Part shown: positions 1 through 9,068 of the stretch, in pieces
Layout: each line of letters starts with the position of its first letter
How positions within the stretch are numbered: position 1 is the first letter of the stretch
NCBI GenBank assembly: GCA_022769845.1
Contig: JALEIO010000132.1
Coordinates: 1-37,513 of the forward strand
Origin: Oscillospiraceae bacterium
Lineage (GTDB): Bacteria; Bacillota; Clostridia; UMGS1810
DNA: 37,513 nucleotides
Direction of reading: 5' to 3'
Notes under the pieces: model-generated
Told to the model about the DNA's origin: nothing
Databases searched by the model: none
Seen by the model: only the letters and a program-made list of their open reading frames with translations
Made by a program: the position numbers and the translations under genes

Positions 1-126
1 GGCACGGTTGATTTCGGTGTAACATGGGTATCTAACCTTATTTCTGCAAATTCAGGCGGTATGAACCTTCTTGAAATAGCGCAGATTTATCAGAGGTCGG
101 GTCTTGTATTGGTTTACAAAAAATAA
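1..126 (+). CDS. 3' end (partial) of ABC-transporter substrate-binding protein, NMT1/THI5-like; probably for pyrimidines/nucleobases
   Basis: Frame 1 reads GTVDFGVTWVSNLISANSGGMNLLEIAQIYQRSGLVLVYKK* (TAA 124-126); the DFGVTW...AQIYQRSG pattern resembles NMT1/THI5 binding proteins; lies directly upstream of hydA. Confidence 0.6.
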   Translation, partial: GTVDFGVTWVSNLISANSGGMNLLEIAQIYQRSGLVLVYKK

Positions 127-159
127 AGCGGTTTTCGCATAAAAAAGGAGTGTCGGTTT

Positions 160-1515
160 ATGGATTTACTTATAAAAGGCGGTACAGTTGTGACAGATTC
201 GCATATTTTTAAAGCGGACGTTGCAGTGGAAAACGGAAAAATCACAATGCTCGGGCAGAATATTTCGCCGGCCGACAACACAAATGTTATTGACGCAAGC
301 GGAAAAATGGTGCTCCCCGGAGCGATAGACGCGCATACGCATCTTGCAATGCCTTTTGGCGGAACAATTTCATCCGATGATTATTTTGCAGGCACGCGCG
401 CTGCTGCGTGCGGCGGCACAACAACGGTTTTTGATTTTGTTTTGCAGGATTTCGGCGAAACAATGGTGGACGCGGTAAAACGGCGCGACGCACTGTGTGC
501 ACCGAATGCGGCGGTGGATTATTCATATCACGTTGCGGTAAAGGATGTCAGCGGCGACCTTATAGACTCTATTGAGGACGCAGTAAAATTCGGCGTTCCG
601 TCATTTAAGGTTTTTATGGTTTATGATTTCGGAGTTACCGACGGAGTATTCTACAAGGTGCTTAAAAAGGCGAAGGAATGCGGTGCTCTTATCGGTGTTC
701 ACGCCGAAAACAACGAACTGGTGAATATGCTTACCGAGCAATATCTGTCGGAGGGTAAAACAAGCGCGTGGTATCATTATATGTCGCGTCCCGAGTTTGT
801 TGAAGCCGAAGCGGATATGAGGGCAATACAGTGGGCAAAAGCGCTTGACACACCTTTGTATATTGTTCATCTTGCCAATAAAGACGGTGTTGCGGCGGTT
901 ACAAAGGCAAAGGACGAGGGATATACAATTTATGCCGAAACCTGCCCGCAATATCTTGAGTTTACCTGTGATGTGTATAAGCGCGAGGACGGACGCAACT
1001 TTGTATGTTCGCCTCCGATGAAGGGCGAAGCAAGCAGAATTGCATTGTGGGACGCGATAAACAGAGGCGATATTGACACAATAGCAACCGACCATTGTCC
1101 GTTCCAGTCATACGAAAAGGATTGGGGAAAGGATGACTTTACAAAAATCCCCAACGGATGCGCCGGTATTGAAAATATGTATCCATATATGCTGTCCGCG
1201 GCGAATGAAGGAAATATTACGTTTGAAAAGGCGGTTGAGCTGTGCTCGGCAAACCCTGCAAAGATTTTTGGCTGCAAGGACAAGGGTGCTATTGCTGTGG
1301 GCAAGGATGCAGATATTGTAATTTACAATCCCAAGACCGAATTTACAATAACAAATGACAAAATGCATTCGGACTGCGACCACACAATCTGGGAAGGCAA
1401 AAAGCTTTTCGGATACCCGGAAAAAACCTATTCGAGAGGAAAGCTTGTATTTGACAACGGTGATTTTGTAGGCGAAAAAGGCTGGGGCAAATTTGTAAAA
1501 TGTTCGATTAAATAA
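160..1515 (+). CDS. hydA: Dihydropyrimidinase (D-hydantoinase)
   Basis: Amidohydrolase motifs DAHTH, GGTTT, SFKVFM (carboxylated Lys), VHAEN, IVHL, TDHCPF, PNG; RBS aaggag upstream; pyrimidine-catabolism context. Confidence 0.93.
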   Translation: MDLLIKGGTVVTDSHIFKADVAVENGKITMLGQNISPADNTNVIDASGKMVLPGAIDAHTHLAMPFGGTISSDDYFAGTRAAACGGTTTVFDFVLQDFGETMVDAVKRRDALCAPNAAVDYSYHVAVKDVSGDLIDSIEDAVKFGVPSFKVFMVYDFGVTDGVFYKVLKKAKECGALIGVHAENNELVNMLTEQYLSEGKTSAWYHYMSRPEFVEAEADMRAIQWAKALDTPLYIVHLANKDGVAAVTKAKDEGYTIYAETCPQYLEFTCDVYKREDGRNFVCSPPMKGEASRIALWDAINRGDIDTIATDHCPFQSYEKDWGKDDFTKIPNGCAGIENMYPYMLSAANEGNITFEKAVELCSANPAKIFGCKDKGAIAVGKDADIVIYNPKTEFTITNDKMHSDCDHTIWEGKKLFGYPEKTYSRGKLVFDNGDFVGEKGWGKFVKCSIK

Positions 1516-1547
1516 AAAATCGAATAAAACAACGAGGGGTGATAAAA

Positions 1548-3008
1548 ATGAAACTTAACGAAGAAGCGGCAAGATGTCTTTTGTGCGAGGACGCAAAATG
1601 CAGCGCAGTATGCCCGAAAAAATTTGACCCTGCCAGAATGGTGCGAGCGGTAAGATTTGAAAACGGCGATATCGGAGCAAATTTTGTTGACAAAAATATT
1701 TGCGCAGAATGTGAAGGTTTTTGCGAAAAGGCGTGCATACATTATGATTTTCCCGTAAGGATACGAAAAATCACCGAAAAGCTTTGTGAAAACGATTTTG
1801 ACGAAAATGTTGATTTGAGCATTGACTTTTTGGGTGTAAAGTGCGAAAATCCGTTCTTTTTATCCTCCTCGGTTGTTGCGGGAAACTACGAAATGTGCGC
1901 GCGTGCCTTTAAAATGGGCTGGGCAGGCGCGGTTTACAAAACAGTGGGTTTTATAAAGCCTGTTGAAACCTCGCCGAGATTTGATGCTATCGGAAAAGAG
2001 GGCACACCGTTTATAGGGTTTAAAAATTTGGAGCAGATTTCCGATCACAGCTTGGAAGAAAACCTTGAGATAATAAAAAGGCTTAAAAAAGATTTTCCGA
2101 CAAAGGTGATTGTGGCGTCAATTATGGGCGAAACAGACGAGGAATGGACAAGTCTTGCGCGTCTTGTAACAGAGGCGGGCGCTGATATGATTGAATGTAA
2201 CTTTAGTTGTCCGCAGATGGTGGGCGAAGGACTTGGCTCGGATGTCGGGCAGAATCCCGAGCTTGTAAAACGGTACACCGAGTGTGTAAAAAAGGGAACT
2301 CACCTTCCTGTTCTTGCTAAAATGACGCCGAATATCGGAAATATGGAACCTCCTGCAGTTGCTGCAATTTGCGGCGGCGCCAACGGCATTGCGGCGATAA
2401 ACACCATAAAATGCATAACGGGAATTGACCTTGAAAGCTTGGAGCCGTTTAATTCGGTAAGCGGCAAAACCGCCGTTTCGGGATACTCCGGAAAATCTGT
2501 TTTGCCGATAGCGCTCCGGTTTATATGCGATATGGCAAAATGTGAAAAGCTTAAAAATATTCCTTTAAGCGGCATAGGCGGCATTGAAACCTGGCGCGAC
2601 GCGGTGCAATTTATATTGTTGGGGTGCGAAAACGTTCAGGTTACCACCGCGGTTATGCAGTACGGTTATCGTATCATAGACGATTTGACGAGCGGACTTA
2701 AAGCGTATATGGCACGAAAGAAAATTTCACGTTTAACAGACCTTGTCGGAAAAGGTCTTTCAAATATAACAAATCCTGACAATCTTGACCGCGAAAGCAT
2801 TTCTTATCCTGTGTTTGACAGTGAAAAATGTATAGGCTGCAAAAGGTGCTTTGTATCCTGCCGCGACGGCGGCCATCAGGCTATTGAAACGGATAAAAAC
2901 GGCAAGGCGCGGCTTATCGGTTCAAAATGCGTAGGATGCCATTTGTGCGTTCTTGTATGTCCGAGCGGCGCGATAGGAAAATCAAGGAGAGTAAAAAGAA
3001 GAGATTGA
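1548..3008 (+). CDS. preA: Dihydropyrimidine dehydrogenase, PreA/PydA type, with an extra N-terminal PreT-like Fe-S segment
   Basis: FMN-barrel motifs NPFFLSS, ECNFSCP, AKMTPN, SGYSG, SGIGGI; C-terminal CIGCKRCFVSC and CVGCHLCVLVCP; N-terminal EAARCLLCEDAKCSAVCP. ATG 1548 chosen because RBS gaggggtg lies at 1534-1541. Confidence 0.88.
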   Translation: MKLNEEAARCLLCEDAKCSAVCPKKFDPARMVRAVRFENGDIGANFVDKNICAECEGFCEKACIHYDFPVRIRKITEKLCENDFDENVDLSIDFLGVKCENPFFLSSSVVAGNYEMCARAFKMGWAGAVYKTVGFIKPVETSPRFDAIGKEGTPFIGFKNLEQISDHSLEENLEIIKRLKKDFPTKVIVASIMGETDEEWTSLARLVTEAGADMIECNFSCPQMVGEGLGSDVGQNPELVKRYTECVKKGTHLPVLAKMTPNIGNMEPPAVAAICGGANGIAAINTIKCITGIDLESLEPFNSVSGKTAVSGYSGKSVLPIALRFICDMAKCEKLKNIPLSGIGGIETWRDAVQFILLGCENVQVTTAVMQYGYRIIDDLTSGLKAYMARKKISRLTDLVGKGLSNITNPDNLDRESISYPVFDSEKCIGCKRCFVSCRDGGHQAIETDKNGKARLIGSKCVGCHLCVLVCPSGAIGKSRRVKRRD

Positions 3009-3040
3009 TAAAAATTTAGATTTGAAGGAGGAAACTGCGT

Positions 3041-4216
3041 ATGTCGATAACCTTAAAAAAACTGTGCAGTGACACCGAAACAAAGTACAGCCTTAAGCTT
3101 ATAGCGGGAAAGAGCGGTTTGGAAAACGCCGTTCGCTGGGTGCATATGGTTGAGGACAGGCAGGTGCCTGATTTTCTTCACGGCGGAGAGCTGGTTTTTA
3201 CAACGGGTATCGGGCACATCGGCAAGGATCCTCTTTTGGAATTTGTGAAAAGGCTGAAATTGCATGGTGCGGCAGGGGTTGTAATAAACATCGGTCCTTA
3301 TCTTCAAAGCATATCGGATGATGTTCTTATGTTTTGCAATAAAGAGGGATTTCCTCTGTTTACACTGCCGTGGAATATTTACATCATTGATATAACATAT
3401 GATTTCTGCCGCAGAATTATTGAAAACGAAAAGCTTGAAACTACCGCGGCGGAATGTTTTAAAGATATGATTCTTAACCCCAACGGTAGCGAAAAATGCC
3501 TGTCTTTTTTGGAACAGCACGGCTTTGGTAGAGCGGTGGAATACAGGGTTTTAAGCATAAAATTTTTGGTTGGCGGCGAGAATGTAACAGAAAAATTTGA
3601 ACAGCGAAACCATATAAAACTATGGAATATTTTGGCAAAATCAAAAAATTATCCTTCGGCAATGTTTGTTTTAAACAATAATCTTATTGTTATAAGGCAG
3701 GATATGGATAATAAGGCGGCGAAAACTCTTGCCGAAACAATGGACGCAATATGCGAGAACAAATCCATTTCGTATATTATGGGAATTTCGGATACAAAAA
3801 GGGGTTACAGAGCGGTTCCAAAGCTTTTAAGTGAGGCAGAGGCGGCGCAAAAATTTGCAACGGTTAACGCAAAGAGCAGTGCGTTTTACAAGGATATCGG
3901 CATAAATAAAATCATATTCGGAGTAAATGACAAGGAAATTTTAGAAAATTTTGCCGATAGAAATCTGAAGGAAATTTTTGATTATGACAAAAAGTACAAA
4001 ACCGATTACGCGAAGATTTTATACTGTTATCTTTTGTGCGATTGCTCGGTTATGTCGGTTGCCGAACAGTACGGACTTCATCGAAACACGGTTAACAGCA
4101 AAATCAAGGCGATTAAGGAAATTTTCAACATAAAGCTTACCGGCAGCAAAAAAATGGAGCTGCTGCTGGCTTATACCATTAAAAATAATTTTGATAAATT
4201 GGGCGGAGGCGACTAA
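3041..4216 (+). CDS. PucR/CdaR-family transcriptional regulator
   Basis: N-terminal PucR ligand-binding domain (VRWVHMVE, GGELVFTTG, FPLFTLP); C-terminal HTH with LHRNTV; RBS aaggagg. Confidence 0.88.
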   Translation: MSITLKKLCSDTETKYSLKLIAGKSGLENAVRWVHMVEDRQVPDFLHGGELVFTTGIGHIGKDPLLEFVKRLKLHGAAGVVINIGPYLQSISDDVLMFCNKEGFPLFTLPWNIYIIDITYDFCRRIIENEKLETTAAECFKDMILNPNGSEKCLSFLEQHGFGRAVEYRVLSIKFLVGGENVTEKFEQRNHIKLWNILAKSKNYPSAMFVLNNNLIVIRQDMDNKAAKTLAETMDAICENKSISYIMGISDTKRGYRAVPKLLSEAEAAQKFATVNAKSSAFYKDIGINKIIFGVNDKEILENFADRNLKEIFDYDKKYKTDYAKILYCYLLCDCSVMSVAEQYGLHRNTVNSKIKAIKEIFNIKLTGSKKMELLLAYTIKNNFDKLGGGD

Positions 4217-4218
4217 AA

Positions 4219-5547
4219 ATGAATGAAAAAGCATTGGAGATTAAAAAAAATCACACTACATACAATTTGCAGTCGTGGTCGAAGCAAAAGGGACTTAATC
4301 CTATTCCCATTGCTCGTGCCGAAGGTATTTATATGTGGGATTATGACGACAAAAGATATACGGATATGTCCTCACAGCTTGTAAACTTAAATGTCGGGCA
4401 CGGAAACAGGCAGATTATTGACGCGATAAAGGAGCAGGCTGAAAAATATTGTTACATTTCTCCTGCATACGGCTCGGACGTAAGAGGAGAGCTTGCAAAA
4501 ATGATTATTGAGCGTATGCCCGATAATATGGGAAAGGTATTTTTTACAAACGGCGGCGCGGACGCGAACGAAAACGCGGTAAAAATTGCAAGAATGTATA
4601 CCGGCAGACAAAAGGTGTTTTCGCGTTACCGAAGTTATCACGGCTCTACCTACGGCGCAGGAAACCTCACGGGCGAGCCGAGAAGATATCCGCTTGAGCC
4701 GGGCGCACCGGGTTTTGTAAAGTTTTTTGACCCATATGTGTACCGCGAAAAATTAAGCTTTAATTCAGAGGAAGAAGCGTCGGAGTATTATGTTGATAAA
4801 CTTCGCGAGCAGATAATTTACGAGGGTGCGTCAAGCGTTGCGGCAATTGTTATGGAAACCATAACAGGCTCGAACGGCGTTATCATTCCGCCGAAAGGTT
4901 ATTTAAAGGGCGTGCGCAAAATATGCGACGAATTCGGCATTATGATGGTGTGCGACGAGGTTATGGCAGGCTTTGGCAGAACGGGAAAAATGTTTGCGTT
5001 TGAAAATTTTGACGTAAAGCCCGATATAGTATCGTTTGCAAAGGGTGTAACGTGCGGATATGTTCAGCTCGGAGGAGTGTGCGTAAGCAAAAAGATTGCA
5101 GAGTATTTTGACGATCATCTTTTGTCGTGCGGTCTTACATACAGCGGTCATCCGCTTGCGTGCGCGGCGGGCGTGGCGTGCCTTAAATACTACGACGACG
5201 CAAAAATTTTAGACAATGTAAAAAAATCGGGAGCGGCACTCGGAAAAGAGCTTGAAGCTTTGAAAGAAAAATACGAAATTGTCGGCGACGTAAGATATAT
5301 AGGATTGTTTTCGGCAATCGAGCTTGTAAAGGACAGAAAAACAAAAGCGCCGCTTGTGGAATACGGAAAAGACCCCGAAGGCGTTATGAAGTCGATTATC
5401 GGGAAGCTTGCGGAAAAAGGCTTTATGACCTATTCGCACGAAAATATGATTCTTATTTGCCCGCCTCTTATCATAACCGAAAAGCAGATTAAAGAGGAAA
5501 TGGCAAAGGTAGACGAGGTAATCGCAGAGGTAAATAAAGCATACTGA
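4219..5547 (+). CDS. Class III PLP aminotransferase, probably beta-alanine aminotransferase (PydD-like)
   Basis: Motifs DEVMAGFGRTG, DIVSFAKG (PLP Lys), GLTYSGHP, SYHG; substrate inferred from the operon. Confidence 0.82.
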   Translation: MNEKALEIKKNHTTYNLQSWSKQKGLNPIPIARAEGIYMWDYDDKRYTDMSSQLVNLNVGHGNRQIIDAIKEQAEKYCYISPAYGSDVRGELAKMIIERMPDNMGKVFFTNGGADANENAVKIARMYTGRQKVFSRYRSYHGSTYGAGNLTGEPRRYPLEPGAPGFVKFFDPYVYREKLSFNSEEEASEYYVDKLREQIIYEGASSVAAIVMETITGSNGVIIPPKGYLKGVRKICDEFGIMMVCDEVMAGFGRTGKMFAFENFDVKPDIVSFAKGVTCGYVQLGGVCVSKKIAEYFDDHLLSCGLTYSGHPLACAAGVACLKYYDDAKILDNVKKSGAALGKELEALKEKYEIVGDVRYIGLFSAIELVKDRKTKAPLVEYGKDPEGVMKSIIGKLAEKGFMTYSHENMILICPPLIITEKQIKEEMAKVDEVIAEVNKAY

Positions 5548-5564
5548 TTTTAGGAGGTGTTACA

Positions 5565-5978
5565 ATGCCGGAACGTTACAAAAATTTAGTATTCGAGCCG
5601 CTTTCAGACTATATCGCCGCAAAAAATTTCAGAACAATTTCTGAAGATATGCGCTCGATTCCTATGGGAATATCGGAATTTGCGGTGGAAATACAGCTTA
5701 AAAAGGAAACAAAGAAGAAGCTTACATTCAAAACAGCGTGGGACGGAATTTTGTACGGCTGCGCGCGGGATAAGAGGGTTATAAAAGAAAAGCTTAATCT
5801 TAACGAAAATATAAAAACTGCATATTTGGTTGACTGGGATGACAGATTTTTGTTCATTCTTGAGCTTGAAAAATCTTTAGAGCGTCCTGTCGCATATGTG
5901 ACTGTTTCCGATGTTGTAAATCTTTTGGAAAACTGTATGAGAATGCCTGAACAGACAAGTGATGAAAGGAATGATTGA
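5565..5978 (+). CDS. Hypothetical 137-aa soluble protein inside the pyrimidine operon
   Basis: Strong RBS aggaggtg before ATG; fills the gap between the aminotransferase and the hydrolase; no motif recognised. Confidence 0.75.
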   Translation: MPERYKNLVFEPLSDYIAAKNFRTISEDMRSIPMGISEFAVEIQLKKETKKKLTFKTAWDGILYGCARDKRVIKEKLNLNENIKTAYLVDWDDRFLFILELEKSLERPVAYVTVSDVVNLLENCMRMPEQTSDERND

Positions 5979-5979
5979 T

Positions 5980-7242
5980 ATGTATGAATGCAGTAAAAAA
6001 CGTATGGAAGATAAAATAAAAACTTTCAGTAAATTCGGTGACGCGGGTCACGGAGGAATTACAAGATATTCACTGTCGCCCGAGGCGGTTATGGCGCGAA
6101 ACGAGTTCATAAAACGAATGAAGGCTATCGGCGCAAAAATTGAAATTGACGACGTGGCAAACATTTATGCAACGCTTGACGGCACCGACCCCGACGCAAA
6201 GCGCATTGTAATGGCATCACACGTTGACTCGGTAAAAAACGGCGGAAACTACGACGGCATACTCGGCGTAATGTCGGCAATGGAGGTGCTTGAAACGGTT
6301 GCGGAAAACAAAATCGAGCATAAACATCCGCTGACGGCTATGATTTGGACGAACGAGGAAGGCTCGCTTTATCCGCCGGCTATGATGATTTCAGGCGTTG
6401 TGTGTTACGATTATCTTCCTGAAGACATTCGCAAAAATTTTAAATATGAAGATATGATGGCGTCAAAGAGCATACTCGATCCGACAAAAACCTTTGGCGA
6501 GGCGCTGGATAAATCGGGATTTAAAGGTGACAAAAAATACAGAATTTCACCCGAAAAATACTTGTATATGTTTGAAACGCATATTGAGCAGGGGCCGATT
6601 TTGGAGGACGCCGGCAATGATATCGGCGTTGTGGACTGCGTTTTGGGAATGTTCAATTACAGAATTAAATTTTACGGTCAGACAACTCACGCGGGTACGT
6701 TTCCCATGCCGAAACGCCGCGATGCCTTTTATGCCGCAGCATTGGCGCTGGATTATTTGCACAAGGAAATTGACAAGCTTGGCGTTGATGATTTGGTTTA
6801 TACAACGGGCGAGGTGGTTTGTCATCCATGCGTTCATACCTGCGTTCCCGACTTTTTCGATTTTTCGTTTGATTCGCGCCATGAGGACCCGAAGGTGCTT
6901 AAAAAGGTGCTTGCGATTGTAAAAAGCCTTGAAGAAAAGACGTTTGCCGGCTGCACCTGCAAGGTGGAAAAGGCGTGGAACAGAGATACAGTTTACTGGG
7001 ACAAAAAGCTTGTCGGATACGTTAAGGAAGCGTGCGAGGAAATGGGTGTTAAGCATCAGTACATTCACTCGGGCGCGGGTCACGACGCACAGTTTGCTTC
7101 CTATATGCTGCCTACAACTATGATTTTTGTTCAGTCCAAAGACGGGCTTTCTCACTGCGAGCCTGAATTTTCAAGCGTTGAGCATTGCACCGAGGGTGCG
7201 GGAGTTATGCTTAATGCGGTTCTTAAGGCTGATAAGGACTGA
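5980..7242 (+). CDS. Zn-dependent M20-family amidohydrolase, probably beta-ureidopropionase (PydC-like)
   Basis: Motifs SHVDSV.NGG.YDG, TNEEG, HIEQGP, HAGT, GAGHDA, SHCEPE; start at ATG 5980 (RBS aaagga 5965-5970) rather than GTG 5959. Confidence 0.87.
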   Translation: MYECSKKRMEDKIKTFSKFGDAGHGGITRYSLSPEAVMARNEFIKRMKAIGAKIEIDDVANIYATLDGTDPDAKRIVMASHVDSVKNGGNYDGILGVMSAMEVLETVAENKIEHKHPLTAMIWTNEEGSLYPPAMMISGVVCYDYLPEDIRKNFKYEDMMASKSILDPTKTFGEALDKSGFKGDKKYRISPEKYLYMFETHIEQGPILEDAGNDIGVVDCVLGMFNYRIKFYGQTTHAGTFPMPKRRDAFYAAALALDYLHKEIDKLGVDDLVYTTGEVVCHPCVHTCVPDFFDFSFDSRHEDPKVLKKVLAIVKSLEEKTFAGCTCKVEKAWNRDTVYWDKKLVGYVKEACEEMGVKHQYIHSGAGHDAQFASYMLPTTMIFVQSKDGLSHCEPEFSSVEHCTEGAGVMLNAVLKADKD

Positions 7243-7257
7243 TACGGAGGAATAAAA

Positions 7258-8409
7258 ATGAGCAGAGAATTTTTAATTCCCAAAAAAATTATCACAGGAG
7301 AAAACGCGCTTGAAAACGCAGCTGCGGATATAGCAGCGATGGGCAGCAAACCGCTTATTGTATCGGGAAAAATTGTGTCAAAGCTTGAAGGTTTTAAAAA
7401 GCTTACGGCGTCTTTGGAGAAACACGGCGCCGGGTACTCGGTGTTTTCGGGCATAACGGGCGAGCCGACCGATACTATGATTGATGAAGGAGTTAAACAA
7501 TACCGTGAAAACGGATGCGATTTTTTAATCGGCATAGGCGGTGGAAGTCCTATTGACGCAATCAAGGCGATTGCCGTAAAAAGCGTTTACGATAAGCCGC
7601 TTAAAGACTTTATGGGAGTTGAAATAGACGGCGACTTTCCTCCTATGGCGGCAATTCCGACAACAGCAGGCACGGGCTCGGAGGCAACAAAATTTACTGT
7701 TATAACCGATAGCTCAACCGAGGTTAAAATGCTTTTAAAAGGGAGCAAATTAATACCCGATTTGGCGGTTGTGGATTATGAATATACAAAATCATCACCG
7801 AAAAATATCACAGTTTCAACCGGGCTGGATGCGCTCACGCACGCAGTGGAGGCATATACGTCAAAATTAGCGCAGCCGTTATGCGATGCACTTGCAATTT
7901 CGGCGGTAAAACGTATTTTTAAATATCTTCCGAAGGCTTATGAGGACGGCGAAAACAGTGAAGCGAGGTGTGAAATGTCCATTGCCGCATTGGAGGCAGG
8001 CATTTGCATAAATAACTCGTCTGTTACAATCGTTCACGGAATGAGCCGACCGATTGGCGCGCTTTTTCACGTTCCGCACGGTCTTTCAAACGCTATGCTG
8101 CTGGAAAAATGTATGACATTTTCATATGACGGCGCAATTAAAAGGTTTGCAAATCTTGCCGAAGCTATCGGCGCGGCAGACAGCTCTGACACTGCAGAGA
8201 GCGCGGCGAAAAAATTTGTTTTGGCGCTCGGCGCGCTGTGCAAAAAATGCAATGTTCCTACAATTTCAGAATACGGCATAGACACAAATGAATTTGATAA
8301 AGCAATTTTCAAAATGGCGTCCGACGCGATTGCAAGCGGCAGTCCGCAAAATACGCGAAAAGCGGTGAGCGAGGACGACATAATTAAAATTTACCAATCA
8401 CTTATATAA
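7258..8409 (+). CDS. Iron-containing alcohol dehydrogenase, probably malonate-semialdehyde reductase (PydE-like)
   Basis: GGGS nucleotide-binding motif, PTTAGTGSE, DALTHAVEAY, HGMSRPIGALFHVPHG metal ligands; RBS ggagg; last gene before a terminator. Confidence 0.83.
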   Translation: MSREFLIPKKIITGENALENAAADIAAMGSKPLIVSGKIVSKLEGFKKLTASLEKHGAGYSVFSGITGEPTDTMIDEGVKQYRENGCDFLIGIGGGSPIDAIKAIAVKSVYDKPLKDFMGVEIDGDFPPMAAIPTTAGTGSEATKFTVITDSSTEVKMLLKGSKLIPDLAVVDYEYTKSSPKNITVSTGLDALTHAVEAYTSKLAQPLCDALAISAVKRIFKYLPKAYEDGENSEARCEMSIAALEAGICINNSSVTIVHGMSRPIGALFHVPHGLSNAMLLEKCMTFSYDGAIKRFANLAEAIGAADSSDTAESAAKKFVLALGALCKKCNVPTISEYGIDTNEFDKAIFKMASDAIASGSPQNTRKAVSEDDIIKIYQSLI

Positions 8410-8430
8410 TTGTTAATACTATCCTTTGCA

Positions 8431-8465
8431 AAAAAGTCTTTCCTTTGTACGGAAAGGCTTTTTTG
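8431..8465 (+). terminator. Intrinsic terminator of the pyrimidine operon
   Basis: Stem aagtctttcc / ggaaaggctt followed by a T-run. Confidence 0.8.
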
Positions 8466-8484
8466 TTGTTTTAATTTGTTTTTG

Positions 8485-8513
8485 TTGACAAATACTATTA
8501 TTTATGAGATAAT
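8485..8513 (+). promoter_or_regulatory. SigmaA promoter for the vanZ-like gene cluster
   Basis: TTGACA-N17-GATAAT with extended -10 TG. Confidence 0.65.
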
Positions 8514-8561
8514 TTTATTAATATGTTTTTTTGATGGCTTATTTCGATTGGAAGTTTTGTA

Positions 8562-9044
8562 ATGAAAATTTTACGTTTATTTTTATGCTGTATTTCTTAT
8601 ATATGTCTTGTCGCCACAATGCTGACGGCGTTTGGTTTTTCGTCGCAAGAGGGCGAAAAGTCGGACAGTGTCAGCAAAAAGGTTGTAAGCATTGTTACGG
8701 GAAAGAGTGTTGCTGAAATTAACAGGCTTGAGCAGGAAAGAAAGGATGATCAGGTTACTGTAAACGGCATTATACGAAAGTGCGCACATTTTTCGCTTTA
8801 TCTTTTAATGGGCATTTTTGCGTATTTGTCGCTTATATTTACCTTTGGAAAAAAAGACAGCCTGCTTATTGCCGCCGCGCTTGCAATATGTCTTTTGTAT
8901 GCATCGAGCGACGAGATACATCAGTATTTTTCAAGCGGGCGCACTGCCGCCGCAAGCGATGTTTTGCTTGATTTTTCAGGCTCGGCAATAGGAATTTTTT
9001 TGATATATAAATTAAAAGAAATATTTTTTGACGTATCTTATTAA
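8562..9044 (+). CDS. VanZ-family membrane protein
   Basis: FSSQ, RKCAHF..Y, SDEIHQYF..GR, DVLLD motifs; several hydrophobic helices. Confidence 0.85.
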   Translation: MKILRLFLCCISYICLVATMLTAFGFSSQEGEKSDSVSKKVVSIVTGKSVAEINRLEQERKDDQVTVNGIIRKCAHFSLYLLMGIFAYLSLIFTFGKKDSLLIAAALAICLLYASSDEIHQYFSSGRTAAASDVLLDFSGSAIGIFLIYKLKEIFFDVSY

Positions 9045-9068
9045 ATTTGTATGTTGGGGGTATGATTT

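Noticed and set aside
8562-9044. Glycopeptide-resistance locus
   Set aside because: VanZ-family genes are widespread and no vanHAX or vanRS genes are present.
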